Source: Bacilli bacterium (GTDB lineage Bacteria; Bacillota_I; Bacilli_A; RF39; UBA660). Taken from it: 64,000 nt of DNA. The DNA is taken from assembly GCA_017435255.1 (NCBI GenBank), contig JAFSFI010000010.1, forward strand, positions 170,483 to 234,482. The letters run 5' to 3'. The notes beneath the pieces were generated by a model, which was not told the origin of the DNA, searched no databases, and worked only from the letters and a program-made list of their open reading frames with translations. A program made the position numbers and the translations under genes. Position 1 is the stretch's first letter; each line of letters begins with the position of its first letter. Positions 38,298 through 47,974 of this stretch are shown here, one piece after another.

Positions 38298-40490
38298 ATG
38301 AGATTTTTAAGGAAGATGAAATGGAGTAAAAACAAGATATTTACAGTATCAATGATAGTGTTAGTTTTTGTTATGAGCCTAGGGTATGCGGCTTTATCCC
38401 AATTTATAGAGATTGATGGAATAGCCATGGTTGATAGAAGTTGGATTGTAAAAGTAACTAATGTAACTAGTAGTGCAACAGGTTCAGGAATAGATAAAAG
38501 TCATTCTTATGCTAGTACTACAGCAACAATGAATGCAGTTATTCCGAATAAAGAATCAACAGTAACATATACAATTACATTACAAAACCAGGGTAATTTA
38601 GTGGCAAAGCTTAGTATGATAGATAGAATCGAAGATGATAATACGGGTATAACTTATACAATATCTGGCGTTACTGAGGGCGAAACAATTTTAAAACCGG
38701 GACAAACAAATACTGTATTAGTTACTATAAAATATAGTGAGGGTGTAACTAATGTAGGAAATATCGATAAAAGTTTGATGTTAACTTTTAACTATGTAGA
38801 GGATAGCCAACAAAGTATAATTGGAGGTAACACAGTAACTGTTGGTACAAATAACAAAGAATATAATGCGGGTGATTATGTAACTTTAGTTAATGGAACT
38901 AGATGGTATGTATTAAAAGATACTGGATCTAATGAAGAGTTAGTAACTTTAATATCGGATGATTATCTTCCTGAAATAGCTTTTGATACAACAGGAAGTG
39001 TAAATTACAATCCTAATTCAAGCACAAATATAGCATATTATATAGATAATACTTATATTCCGTCTATTGCTATGTCGGTAATGAACTATAGTCCATTTGG
39101 AGGTAATGCAACAGGAATAACTGGTAGATTGGTAACTAGTGATGAGGTCATGTCATTTTTACAATTATATGCTGAAGGAAAAATTGATCCATATTTACCT
39201 TATGCATTTTGGACAATGACATCAGCGGATGAATCTAGTGTATATGCATTTAGAAATGGAGCTATAACACCAGTTTCTGCTACGGAAAGCATAAGAATAA
39301 AACCAGTTATAACAATATTAAAAAGTAATATTCTTCCTAAAGAATTAGGAAATAGAGTTATTGCAACAAATGTATCATATGCAGATAATGTAGCAAGTGC
39401 ATATGTAAGTAATGCAACAGGAATAGATTTTAGTCAAGCAGCTAGTGATACAAATGGAAAAGGATTGTATTATACATCAACAAATACTGAAGATAATAAA
39501 AAAACATATTATTTTAGAGGAGATGTTGATAATAATTATGTTTCATTTGGAAAAACAAATGTTGAAAAATTTGTTTGTATGTATAATGGAGAAGAAATAA
39601 CTCACTATGATGGAGTAACAGAACTCGATGAAGGTACATGTGCACATGTGTGTAAATTATCAGATGGTAAATATGTAACAGGAGGGTATTTCCCAGATTG
39701 GTTTTGTACAGATAATCTAGGTGGTACTTACATGGGTGCCGTCGCAAGCCGCCAAACTGTGTATGTGGAAGAATCGCGTCTATGGAGAGTAGTAAGAATA
39801 AACGAAGATGGAAGCGTTAGATTAATAACAGCAGATACTGTTGGGGAAACATCTTTTAATTCATCGGCTGGAGATAATGCATATGTAGGATATATGTATG
39901 GAACACCGGGAAGCGCTAGTTATAGTGATACACATAAAAATGCTAAAAACAGTATAATAAAAACATATTTAGATAATTGGTATAATAGTAATTTATCAAG
40001 TTATTCTTCTTATTTAGCGGATGCAGGGTTCTGTAATGATAGAAGTGTAGCACCAACCGCTGGAGTTTGGGCAGAATTTGATACAGCTTTAGGATACGGA
40101 ACAAACGATACATCTTATGGCCTTACCGGAAGAGGAAATCAGCCTCAATTTAAATGCCCACAAAATAACGATTTATTTACACTTGCATCAAGTAGTAAAG
40201 GTAATAAGAGTTTAACTTATCCGGTAGGTCTTTTAACAATCGATGAAGTAAGGTATGCAGGCTTAAGTAACACTTATTTAAATAATGATACTTATTGGTG
40301 GACAATGACTCCAGATTTATATTATGGCATAGGGCCTGGAGCAGCAGTTAAATTTTTTGCCAATGGAATCAATGGCGGTCCTGTTGCTAGCGATCTTGGT
40401 GTTCGTCCAGTAATAAATTTAAATTCTAATGTCATTATTGAAGAAAATGGTGCTAACGGAACAATAAGCAACCCATATGTAATTAAATGA
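38298..40490 (+). CDS. Large secreted protein: N-terminal TasA/CalY-like module plus C-terminal surface domains
   Basis: SLGYA|ALSQFIEIDG...W...QNQGNLVA resembles the 58-60 kb paralogues; later WYVLKD / WRVVRINEDG...VRPVINL domains. Confidence 0.72.
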   Translation: MRFLRKMKWSKNKIFTVSMIVLVFVMSLGYAALSQFIEIDGIAMVDRSWIVKVTNVTSSATGSGIDKSHSYASTTATMNAVIPNKESTVTYTITLQNQGNLVAKLSMIDRIEDDNTGITYTISGVTEGETILKPGQTNTVLVTIKYSEGVTNVGNIDKSLMLTFNYVEDSQQSIIGGNTVTVGTNNKEYNAGDYVTLVNGTRWYVLKDTGSNEELVTLISDDYLPEIAFDTTGSVNYNPNSSTNIAYYIDNTYIPSIAMSVMNYSPFGGNATGITGRLVTSDEVMSFLQLYAEGKIDPYLPYAFWTMTSADESSVYAFRNGAITPVSATESIRIKPVITILKSNILPKELGNRVIATNVSYADNVASAYVSNATGIDFSQAASDTNGKGLYYTSTNTEDNKKTYYFRGDVDNNYVSFGKTNVEKFVCMYNGEEITHYDGVTELDEGTCAHVCKLSDGKYVTGGYFPDWFCTDNLGGTYMGAVASRQTVYVEESRLWRVVRINEDGSVRLITADTVGETSFNSSAGDNAYVGYMYGTPGSASYSDTHKNAKNSIIKTYLDNWYNSNLSSYSSYLADAGFCNDRSVAPTAGVWAEFDTALGYGTNDTSYGLTGRGNQPQFKCPQNNDLFTLASSSKGNKSLTYPVGLLTIDEVRYAGLSNTYLNNDTYWWTMTPDLYYGIGPGAAVKFFANGINGGPVASDLGVRPVINLNSNVIIEENGANGTISNPYVIK

Positions 40491-40527
40491 ATTAATAAAG
40501 AGTGAAAAAATAGTGTCACTCTTTTTT

Positions 40528-40534
40528 TTCGACA
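40528..40534 (-). promoter_or_regulatory. Spo0A box
   Basis: TTCGACA (perfect 0A box on the minus strand) upstream of the SpoIIB/SPOR-like gene. Confidence 0.45.
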
Positions 40535-40577
40535 AAAATCGATTATCATTTTTTGTATTATAATGGTGGTGATAACG

Positions 40578-41027
40578 ATGAATAAAAAATTTTTAATATA
40601 TGTTTTGAGTGCTATTCTCTTAGGCGCTATATTCGGAAGTTTGTTCTATAAACAATATGAAAAAGAAAAAAATATTGCTGTTGATTATAATACGTATTTA
40701 TTGCAGTTAGGAATATACAATTCTAGGGATGAATTTAGCAAAGAAGTTGAAGAGTTAAGCGATTATTTAGTAGTTGAAAAAAATAATAAATTTTATGTTT
40801 ATGTTGGAATAAGTACAAAAAGAAAAAATGCGGAAAAGTTACAAAATTTATTTTCAGATAACGATATAAATGTATCCATCAAAAAAAGCGTTATTGATGA
40901 CATCGAATTTATAAGTAATTTACAACAATATGATCTTCTATTAGATAGTGCATCTAACAAAGATGACATTATGTCTATTAATGAGGTTATATTATCTAGT
41001 TATGAAGAAATGGTTCTTGTAGAATAG
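40578..41027 (+). CDS. Membrane-anchored SPOR-like protein (spoIIB position)
   Basis: TM, then YLLQLGIY...YVYVGIS SPOR-like pattern; upstream of radC, where Bacillus has spoIIB. Confidence 0.6.
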   Translation: MNKKFLIYVLSAILLGAIFGSLFYKQYEKEKNIAVDYNTYLLQLGIYNSRDEFSKEVEELSDYLVVEKNNKFYVYVGISTKRKNAEKLQNLFSDNDINVSIKKSVIDDIEFISNLQQYDLLLDSASNKDDIMSINEVILSSYEEMVLVE

Positions 41028-41068
41028 GAAAACCACAAGTAAAAGAGTATATATAACTAGGTGGTAAA

Positions 41069-41749
41069 ATGAATTATTTGATAAAAGACATCAGAAAAAA
41101 CGATCGACCTAGAGAAAGATTGTTGAAGCAGGGAAGTGCTAGTTTATCAGACGAAGAATTAATATCAATAATTTTAAAGACAGGGACAAAATCTCGTTCC
41201 GTTAAAATTTTGGCTATTGATGTACTAAACTTGGTTGATGATATACAGGCATTAAGTGAAATTAGTATTAATAAATTGTTATCCATTAAAGGAATAGGTA
41301 TGGTAAAAGCAATAGAATTAATTGCATCAATAGAATTAGGAAGGAGAATATATAGAGAGAAAAATAATAAAAAAGTTGATTGTAGTACTGCAGTTGATGT
41401 ATATGAGAACAATAGGAGTTTGTTCATAGACAAAAAACAAGAATATTTTTATTGTTTATATTTAAATAATAAAAATGAACTTATAGAAAGGAAATTATTG
41501 TTTATGGGAACAGTTAATAGAAGTGTAGTACATCCGAGGGAAGTTTTTAAACACGCCTACTTAACTTCTGCATCAGGTATTATTTGTATGCATAATCATC
41601 CTTCTGGAGATGTTAGTCCATCTAAAGATGATATTATGTTTACAAAAGCATTAGTAGAAGTTGGCAGACTACAAAACATTCCGATTTTAGATCACATTAT
41701 TATAGGAGATAATAATTACTATAGTTTTTGTGAAAAAGGAATAATATAA
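41069..41749 (+). CDS. radC: RadC (JAB domain)
   Basis: RPRERL, GIGMVKA, VHPREVF, HNHPSGD, LDHIIIG. Confidence 0.95.
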   Translation: MNYLIKDIRKNDRPRERLLKQGSASLSDEELISIILKTGTKSRSVKILAIDVLNLVDDIQALSEISINKLLSIKGIGMVKAIELIASIELGRRIYREKNNKKVDCSTAVDVYENNRSLFIDKKQEYFYCLYLNNKNELIERKLLFMGTVNRSVVHPREVFKHAYLTSASGIICMHNHPSGDVSPSKDDIMFTKALVEVGRLQNIPILDHIIIGDNNYYSFCEKGII

Positions 41750-41759
41750 AAGGTGATTT

Positions 41760-42500
41760 ATGAAAAAAAATAAATTAAAATTTAAAACAATTATATCTGT
41801 TGTAATTGGTGGAGGTATATTATCTCTACTATTTTTTTCTCTTAAATATAATTTCAATATATCCTTTATTTTAAAAGATATTCTATATTTTCCTATTACT
41901 GTAATGGATTTAGATAAGGAATATAGTTTAAATCTAGATAGTAGAACTATGGAATTAGAAAAAGAGTTGGATGATTTAAAAAACATATTAAATATAAACT
42001 CCTCTTTAACTGACTTTGAAATGGTAAATGCTACTGTTATAAATAGAAATGTTTCTTACTGGAATGAAGAGTTAATAATTAACAAAGGAAAAAATGAGGG
42101 AATAAAAGAAGGTATGGCTGTAATGGATGGGAGTGGATTAATTGGTAGAGTAATAAAAACTAGTCTAACAACTTCTACAATCAAACTAATTACAAGTAAT
42201 TCTAATGATAATAAAATATCTGTAAAGATATGGTGTAATAATGATAGTTTTAATAAAGTGTTGGAGCAAGATGAGAATAATAATTTAATAATATCTGGTG
42301 TAGATAATGATTTGGATATTAAAGAAGGGGATTTAGTAACCACTAGTGGATTAAGTGATATATATCCAAGCGGTATTACGATAGGAAGTGTAGAAAAAAT
42401 TACTTATGATAAATTTGGGGTTAGTAAAAAAGTCTTTGTAAAACATAGTGGAGATTTAGAAAATATTAGATTTGTAGCTGTATTGAAAAGGGGTATTTAA
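41760..42500 (+). CDS. mreC: Rod shape protein MreC
   Basis: IINKG, GMAV, GLIGRV, VTTSGL, YPSGITIG. Confidence 0.92.
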   Translation: MKKNKLKFKTIISVVIGGGILSLLFFSLKYNFNISFILKDILYFPITVMDLDKEYSLNLDSRTMELEKELDDLKNILNINSSLTDFEMVNATVINRNVSYWNEELIINKGKNEGIKEGMAVMDGSGLIGRVIKTSLTTSTIKLITSNSNDNKISVKIWCNNDSFNKVLEQDENNNLIISGVDNDLDIKEGDLVTTSGLSDIYPSGITIGSVEKITYDKFGVSKKVFVKHSGDLENIRFVAVLKRGI

Positions 42501-42970
42501 TGAAAAAATATATAGTACTTTTAATTTCGATTATATTAGATGGTTTAATATCTAATATTTCTTTATATCAAATTAACCATTTAACATATTTTACCTCTTT
42601 ATGTACAGTAATTAGTTTAGTTGTTGTATATAATAATGAAGATTTTATTAAATTGTTGATCTTAAGTAGTGTAGTATATGGCGGATTATATATGAGTAAT
42701 ATATTATTATCTTTTGTATTGTTTTTTGCTGCTTTGATGACGATTAAATATTTAAAAAAAGAACTAAGAGATAATCTTTTTACAATATTGTTGCAGTTTA
42801 TAATAATAATTTTTGTTTATGATTTTATTTTGTTTTTTATTATGTCTTTTATTAATGTGGGACATATAGGTTTTAATCATTATTTTTATAAGATAACTCA
42901 CTCCTTGTTATTGAACCTTCTATACGGCATATCTATCTATTTTATATATGATAAAAAGGTTCTAAATTAA
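42500..42970 (+). CDS. mreD: Rod shape protein MreD
   Basis: Polytopic membrane protein translationally coupled to mreC. Confidence 0.7.
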   Translation: MKKYIVLLISIILDGLISNISLYQINHLTYFTSLCTVISLVVVYNNEDFIKLLILSSVVYGGLYMSNILLSFVLFFAALMTIKYLKKELRDNLFTILLQFIIIIFVYDFILFFIMSFINVGHIGFNHYFYKITHSLLLNLLYGISIYFIYDKKVLN

Positions 42971-43003
42971 ATTGTTAATTAATAATGTTTAATGGGTGAT
43001 ATA

Positions 43004-43588
43004 GTGGAAGAAAGCAAATTTTATAATAAAGAAAATTCTAAAGCAAAAAAAACGAACAAATTTTTGTATAGATTTATTACTAAAATTTTAATATGTTTAA
43101 TATTGTTTATTAGTTTTTTAATTGTTATTAAAATTAACCCAAAACTAAAAGATAAGATATATCAAGTTGTTTATGAAGATCACTTTTCTTTTGCGTATGT
43201 GAACAATCTATATAAAAAATATTTTGGCAGTGTATTGCCGTTTGAAAATATTGCACCTACTGAGGAGGTTTTTAACGAGAAAATCACATATGATACAGCA
43301 AGCGTTTATAAAGATGGAGTGGTATTAGAGGTAAGCAATAATTACTTGGTGCCTGTTATAGAAAGTGGTATAGTTGTTTTCATTGGCGATAAAGAGGGAT
43401 ATGGAAATACTATTATTGTTCAACAAACAAACGGTGTAGATGTGTGGTATGGCAATATCATATCTACAGATATAAAGATATATGATTATATAGAAAAAGG
43501 GACATTGTTAGGCGAAGTAACAGGTAATAAAATTTACTTGGTCTTTCAAAAAGAAGGGAAGTATTTAAATTATAAAGAATATATATAA
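43004..43588 (+). CDS. spoIVFA: SpoIVFA (degenerate M23 domain)
   Basis: TM, FSFAYVNNLYKKYFG, GIVVFIG, YGNTIIVQ, WYGN; adjacent to spoIVFB. Start may be 42992. Confidence 0.8.
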   Translation: MEESKFYNKENSKAKKTNKFLYRFITKILICLILFISFLIVIKINPKLKDKIYQVVYEDHFSFAYVNNLYKKYFGSVLPFENIAPTEEVFNEKITYDTASVYKDGVVLEVSNNYLVPVIESGIVVFIGDKEGYGNTIIVQQTNGVDVWYGNIISTDIKIYDYIEKGTLLGEVTGNKIYLVFQKEGKYLNYKEYI

Positions 43589-43589
43589 A

Positions 43590-44333
43590 ATGGTTTATGT
43601 TCATCCTCTATTTTTATCAATTATTTTTATTGGTTTAATATCAGGGTTATTTAAAAACATTATATTTTTTACTAGTATTATTTTTATTCATGAATTAGGA
43701 CATTTTTTAATGGCTAGGTTTTTTGGATGGAATGTTGATAAAATTTATTTTTATCCATATGGGGGTTTTACAAAATTTAATGATGATTTGAATAGGCCTA
43801 AATATCAAGAGTTAATTATTATGGTTTCTGGGACTATATTCCAAGTTTTGTATTTTTTTATAATAATAAACTTCTTGACTATAAACGAGATGGAATTATT
43901 TAAAGATTATCATTATTCAATTCTTTTATTTAATCTGATGCCTATATATCCGTTGGATGGAGGCAAGTTACTTAATCTTATTTTGAACGTTTTTTTGTCA
44001 TTTAGAAAAGGTTTTAAAGCAACAATCTTTTTATCATATATATGTTTATTTGTTTTCGCTTGTGTTTTATTTTTGAAAAACATATCTATTTCTTTGAGTA
44101 CATTTCTTGTTTTAACATTATTAATGTGTAAATTGACAAAAGAGTATAAAAAAGAAAAATTTTATTTTAATAAGTTTCTTTTAGAAAGGTATCTTAACAA
44201 TTATGAATTCAAGAAATATAAGATAATAAAAGGTATTGATGATATGACGAGAGATTACAAACATGTAGTTTTCAATGATAGTAGAACAAAGACAGAAAAG
44301 GAAGTATTATCCAATTATTTTCACAGAAAATGA
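43590..44333 (+). CDS. spoIVFB: SpoIVFB site-2 protease (M50)
   Basis: HELGH, PYGG, NLMPIYPLDGG. Confidence 0.87.
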   Translation: MVYVHPLFLSIIFIGLISGLFKNIIFFTSIIFIHELGHFLMARFFGWNVDKIYFYPYGGFTKFNDDLNRPKYQELIIMVSGTIFQVLYFFIIINFLTINEMELFKDYHYSILLFNLMPIYPLDGGKLLNLILNVFLSFRKGFKATIFLSYICLFVFACVLFLKNISISLSTFLVLTLLMCKLTKEYKKEKFYFNKFLLERYLNNYEFKKYKIIKGIDDMTRDYKHVVFNDSRTKTEKEVLSNYFHRK

Positions 44334-44431
44334 CAAACTTCGTCAAGTTGATGTAAAGTATATTGACTTAGATTTAGAACCTTTGTTAAAATGAAATTAC
44401 AGTATTGATGATAGTTGAGGGGGAAATAACT

Positions 44432-46438
44432 ATGACAAAAAATAATAAAGAAAAAGTTGTTAAGAAAAAAGCTGTAAAACAAAAAGTCGTTAAAGAGAAA
44501 GAAACAATCAAGAAAAGCGACTTTGAAGATTCAAATGATAATAAGAAGATTATTATTGTTGCATTGATTTTGGCCCTTTTAATCGGAACTTTTGCATATG
44601 TTAGAAGTTTGGACAATAAAAAGGAAAATAAAAAGCCAGAAGAAGATGTTGTTGAAAAAGAAGAAGAAAAAGAGGAAGAGAACAAACCTGTAGTTGAAGA
44701 AGAAGTGACTAAACCAAACTATTATAATCCAACTCCAACTCCTATACCTAGCGAGCCGGTTGTAGAAGTGGATATATGGGAATCTTTAAAAACAATTCCA
44801 ACCACTATAGAAGCGGGTGAAGGATTAGAACTTCCAGAAATAAAAGATGAAGACAATGCTTCTGAAGTTGTTGCCGAGATCAGTTATAAGTATAGAAGTT
44901 CTTCTGAGGAGGATTATAGTGTTGTAACAGAGTTTGATAGTACAAAACAAGGAGAATATGTAATAACATATACATTAAGCTACTCTGATGGTACAGTTGA
45001 GACTAGAGAGGTAGTGATTGAAGTTATTGATACAATGGAACCTGTAATTAATAATCCTGAAGCTGGAAAACACTATAAAGAAGATGTTTTATTAGATATA
45101 ATTGAATATAGCCCATATATAGTGGAATTAAATGGAAATATTTATGATGAAACATTACCAATTAGTGATGAAGGTGAATATGTTTTAGTTGTTACAGAAG
45201 ATAAAATGCTAGGTAGTAGCATAACTGTTGAATTTGTAATTGATAAGACTGCACCAGAAATCGTTTTTGCCGAAGTTTTAGAAGGAACTAAGGTTTCAGT
45301 TATAGAGAAAAATATAGATACTATAACAATGTTTAAAGATGGAGTAGAAATAGAGTTACTAGCAACATTAGTTGAAGATGGTGAATACAAAGTAGTGGTT
45401 ACAGATAAAGCGGGTAATATTGCTGAAAAAACAATAATTATTGATACAATTGCGCCAGAAGTTGAAGTTGAATATACTCCGGGTAATGACCAATTAACTA
45501 GTGATAAGGTAGTTGTAGTAATTACTGCTAATGAAGAAATTCAAGAAATAGAAGGATGGACATTATCAGAAGATAAATTAACTTTAACTAAAGAATTTAA
45601 AGAAAATGCTACAGAGTTAGTAGAGGTAAAAGATATTGCTGGTAATGTTACTGAAGTTAATGTAGTAGTTAACAATATTGATTATAGTGTTGTTTATACA
45701 CCAAAATTAACAATAGAAAATCTAGTTGCAAACCAAGTAAAAGCTACTATTACTTCGTTAAAACAATTAACATTGGATGAAGAGTTCAAAGATGAATGGT
45801 CAGAAACATACGATGAAGAAAATGAAGTGTATAAATATGAAAAAATATATACAGAAGCAAAAGAAGAATTAATAGAATACACTTATGAAGATGAAAATGG
45901 AAATCCGGTAGCAGGAGAAATCAAAGTTGAAATCTCGGGTGTAACTATTATAGATACAATGGTTATATATGAAACTGATGATTTAACTCAAAATGTAACA
46001 GTTTCAGTTATAACTGATGAAGAAATAATTACTCTTCCTGAAGGTTGGGTAAGAGATGATAACTATATGGCATCAGATTATAAATACTATAAAGTATACA
46101 CAGAAAATGTAGAAGAAGAGTTAGTTGAATTTATATCAGAAAATAAAACATATATTGCAACAATAACAGTATCTTCAATTGATAGAGAAGCACCCGTTGC
46201 AGAAAGTGAAGTAAATTACGAAGAAGAAAAAAGCTCAGTTACTATTACAATTAATTCGAATGAAGAAATAATAACAGTAGAAGGATGGGTTTTATCTACT
46301 GATAAAAAATCTATTTCTAAAAAAATAGATAGACCAAGTGAAGTTACTGAAGAAGTTATTAATGACACGGTAACCATTACTGATTTGAAAGGAAACGAAA
46401 CAGAAGTAGAATATTCGTATACATGGGAAATAGAATAA
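44432..46438 (+). CDS. Acidic membrane-anchored surface protein with Ig-like repeats
   Basis: N-terminal TM; DKAGN / DIAGN / DLKGN Ig-like turns; three recurring EEI...EGW motifs. Confidence 0.75.
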   Translation: MTKNNKEKVVKKKAVKQKVVKEKETIKKSDFEDSNDNKKIIIVALILALLIGTFAYVRSLDNKKENKKPEEDVVEKEEEKEEENKPVVEEEVTKPNYYNPTPTPIPSEPVVEVDIWESLKTIPTTIEAGEGLELPEIKDEDNASEVVAEISYKYRSSSEEDYSVVTEFDSTKQGEYVITYTLSYSDGTVETREVVIEVIDTMEPVINNPEAGKHYKEDVLLDIIEYSPYIVELNGNIYDETLPISDEGEYVLVVTEDKMLGSSITVEFVIDKTAPEIVFAEVLEGTKVSVIEKNIDTITMFKDGVEIELLATLVEDGEYKVVVTDKAGNIAEKTIIIDTIAPEVEVEYTPGNDQLTSDKVVVVITANEEIQEIEGWTLSEDKLTLTKEFKENATELVEVKDIAGNVTEVNVVVNNIDYSVVYTPKLTIENLVANQVKATITSLKQLTLDEEFKDEWSETYDEENEVYKYEKIYTEAKEELIEYTYEDENGNPVAGEIKVEISGVTIIDTMVIYETDDLTQNVTVSVITDEEIITLPEGWVRDDNYMASDYKYYKVYTENVEEELVEFISENKTYIATITVSSIDREAPVAESEVNYEEEKSSVTITINSNEEIITVEGWVLSTDKKSISKKIDRPSEVTEEVINDTVTITDLKGNETEVEYSYTWEIE

Positions 46439-46462
46439 AACGCTGAGTAATCAGCGTTTTTA
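46438..46462 (+). terminator. Intrinsic terminator
   Basis: aaaacgctga-gtaa-tcagcgtttt. Confidence 0.8.
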
Positions 46463-46511
46463 TGTGGTTCTTAATTGAAATATATGATATATAATATATA
46501 GTGGTGATAAT

Positions 46512-47921
46512 ATGAAGAAGATAAATGAAATTTATGATTGTGTTTACGATACAGAAATAAAAGATATTAAGATAAACTCTAAAGAGGTAAAAGAAGGAGA
46601 TATTTTCGTTTGTACTAAGGGTGTTAATGCTGATAGACACGATTTTATTGACGATGCCGTAAAAAATGGAGCATCATTCTTAATAGTAAAAAAAGATGGA
46701 GATTATAAGGTGCCATATATTAAGGTAGATGATCCTAATAAGGAATTGCCAATTCTTGCAAAGAAATTTTATGATTATCCAGATGATAAAATAAAATTAA
46801 TTGGTATTACTGGTACTGATGGTAAAACAACAACGGCCACAATAATACGCGATTTGTTGGGATATAATGATTGTGGATATATTGGTACAAACGGGATAGA
46901 AGGAAAAAGTTTTAGTGATAAAGCTGCAAATACAACTCCAGAATGTCATTTAATATATAAGTATTTATCGATGTTTTTAAAAGATGGATTAAAGTATGCA
47001 AGTATAGAAACATCTAGTGAAGCCTTTTATAGAAAAAGACTTGATTCATTTAGTTTTGATGTAGGAATATTAACTAATGTTACAGGTGATCATTTAAATA
47101 TACATAGAACTTTTGAAAACTATATTGAAAGTAAAAAAATGCTGTTTGAACAGCTTAAGCCTTCAGGGGTTGCAATTTTAAATATTGATGATAAATACTA
47201 CGATTATTTTAAAAATATAAATAGAACAATTATGACTTATGGTAAGGACAAAAATGCTGATTTGAGAATAACAAATATTAAAGAAAAATTAAATGGTACT
47301 AATATAACATTTACTTTTAAAAATGAAAAATATATTGTAGAAAGTCCGTTACTAGGAGAGTTTAATGTATATAATTTAATGGCAAGTATATTATGTTTAA
47401 GTTGCTTTGGTATAGATATAAAAGAAATAATATCTAGAATTAAAAATATTAAAGTACCAAAAGGCAGATGTGAAGTTTTAAATTTTGATACCGATTATAA
47501 TGTAGTATTAGATTATGCCCATACAGTTAATGGTTTAACTTCTATTTTAGATTATTTAAACAAAATAAAACAAAATAGGATAATTACTATTACAGGAAGT
47601 GCTGGTGGAAGAGAACGTGAAAAACGAAAAGATATGGGAAAGGTTGTATTGGAAAAATCAGATTTAGTTATATTTACTATGGATGATCCAAGAAATGAGG
47701 ACCCTAAAGATATAATTGATGAAATGATTGATACTAATAAAGGTAATTATGAAATCATTATTGATAGAGAACTGGCAATAAACCATGCTTTAGATAGCGC
47801 ACAAAAAGGAGATATTATACTGGTTGCAGGAAAAGGTAGAGATTCATATATGGCGATAGGTAGCCAGTATATTCCATATTGTGATTATGATGTTATAACG
47901 AACTATTTTTCAAAAAAATAG
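46512..47921 (+). CDS. murE: UDP-MurNAc-dipeptide amino-acid ligase MurE
   Basis: GTDGKTT, TTPE, ETSS, DYAHT, DDPR, LVAGKG. Confidence 0.92.
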   Translation: MKKINEIYDCVYDTEIKDIKINSKEVKEGDIFVCTKGVNADRHDFIDDAVKNGASFLIVKKDGDYKVPYIKVDDPNKELPILAKKFYDYPDDKIKLIGITGTDGKTTTATIIRDLLGYNDCGYIGTNGIEGKSFSDKAANTTPECHLIYKYLSMFLKDGLKYASIETSSEAFYRKRLDSFSFDVGILTNVTGDHLNIHRTFENYIESKKMLFEQLKPSGVAILNIDDKYYDYFKNINRTIMTYGKDKNADLRITNIKEKLNGTNITFTFKNEKYIVESPLLGEFNVYNLMASILCLSCFGIDIKEIISRIKNIKVPKGRCEVLNFDTDYNVVLDYAHTVNGLTSILDYLNKIKQNRIITITGSAGGREREKRKDMGKVVLEKSDLVIFTMDDPRNEDPKDIIDEMIDTNKGNYEIIIDRELAINHALDSAQKGDIILVAGKGRDSYMAIGSQYIPYCDYDVITNYFSKK

Positions 47922-47974
47922 CATTAAACTGCTTTTATAAAAAATAAAACATATACTTAAGAAGGAGGTAGTAT

